From Marsupella aquatica (Eukaryota; Plantae; Marchantiophyta): a stretch of DNA of 64,000 nucleotides. The position numbers were made by a program, and so were the translations under genes. Positions within the stretch are counted from its first letter, which is position 1, and every line of letters starts with the position of its first letter. Of the stretch, positions 63,722 to 64,000 are shown piece by piece. The stretch covers positions 20,288,803 to 20,352,802 of the forward strand of contig OZ316895.1 of assembly GCA_973895155.1 (NCBI GenBank), read 5' to 3'. The notes beneath the pieces are model-generated. The model had not been told where the DNA came from, did no database searches, and worked only from the letters and a program-made list of their open reading frames with translations.

Positions 63722-64000
63722 TGCTTGAGCGACTTCGGGATTTTATCAAAACTGCATGATTGTGAGGGACGTGCCCGGGCGGGTGGCAGGGAGGAGGAAG
63801 GGAGAAATTGAGGGTCACGTACTGGTGATGGGATGGAAATTGGGAGGAAAGAGTATGGCACGGAATTGACAGAAGTGGAGCCGTTTGGCCACGTGCAGGG
63901 TTTCAGCTATGTATGTAGCTGGTGGAGCGAGATACGCCAGTCAAGGACGGAAGGGTTTAGAGATAAATATCCTAAAAGAATGACAACAACCATCATACAA

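Overview
Eukaryotic DNA with spliceosomal GT-AG introns and plant-type genes and transposable elements (TEs). It most resembles a bryophyte, lycophyte or fern genome, but the species cannot be determined from the sequence. The window is a TE-rich region with scattered, intron-containing host-gene fragments: an SMC6 C-terminal part (- strand, ~16.7-20.3 kb), an SMC6 N-terminal part (+ strand, ~60.2-61.4 kb), a decayed aspartate-semialdehyde dehydrogenase 3' half, and a decayed MYST/HAM acetyltransferase 3' part. TEs include a non-autonomous Gypsy-type gag-protease element, a 5'-truncated L1-like LINE with a 15-bp TSD, and a very young Copia element (403-bp LTRs, AGTTC TSD) inserted antisense into an older copy of its own family. 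The most interesting block is ~33.7-51.8 kb, which looks like a large cargo-carrying DNA transposon. It holds a Sola-related DDD transposase head-to-head with a three-exon gene for a ParB/Srx-like domain fused to a prokaryote-type beta-class amino (N6A/N4C) DNA methyltransferase. It also holds F-box-like and orphan cargo ORFs and two families of palindromic sites, including a 56-bp-period array of CCGATAAATTTATCGG reminiscent of parS. All calls come from manual motif recognition; no database searches were run.
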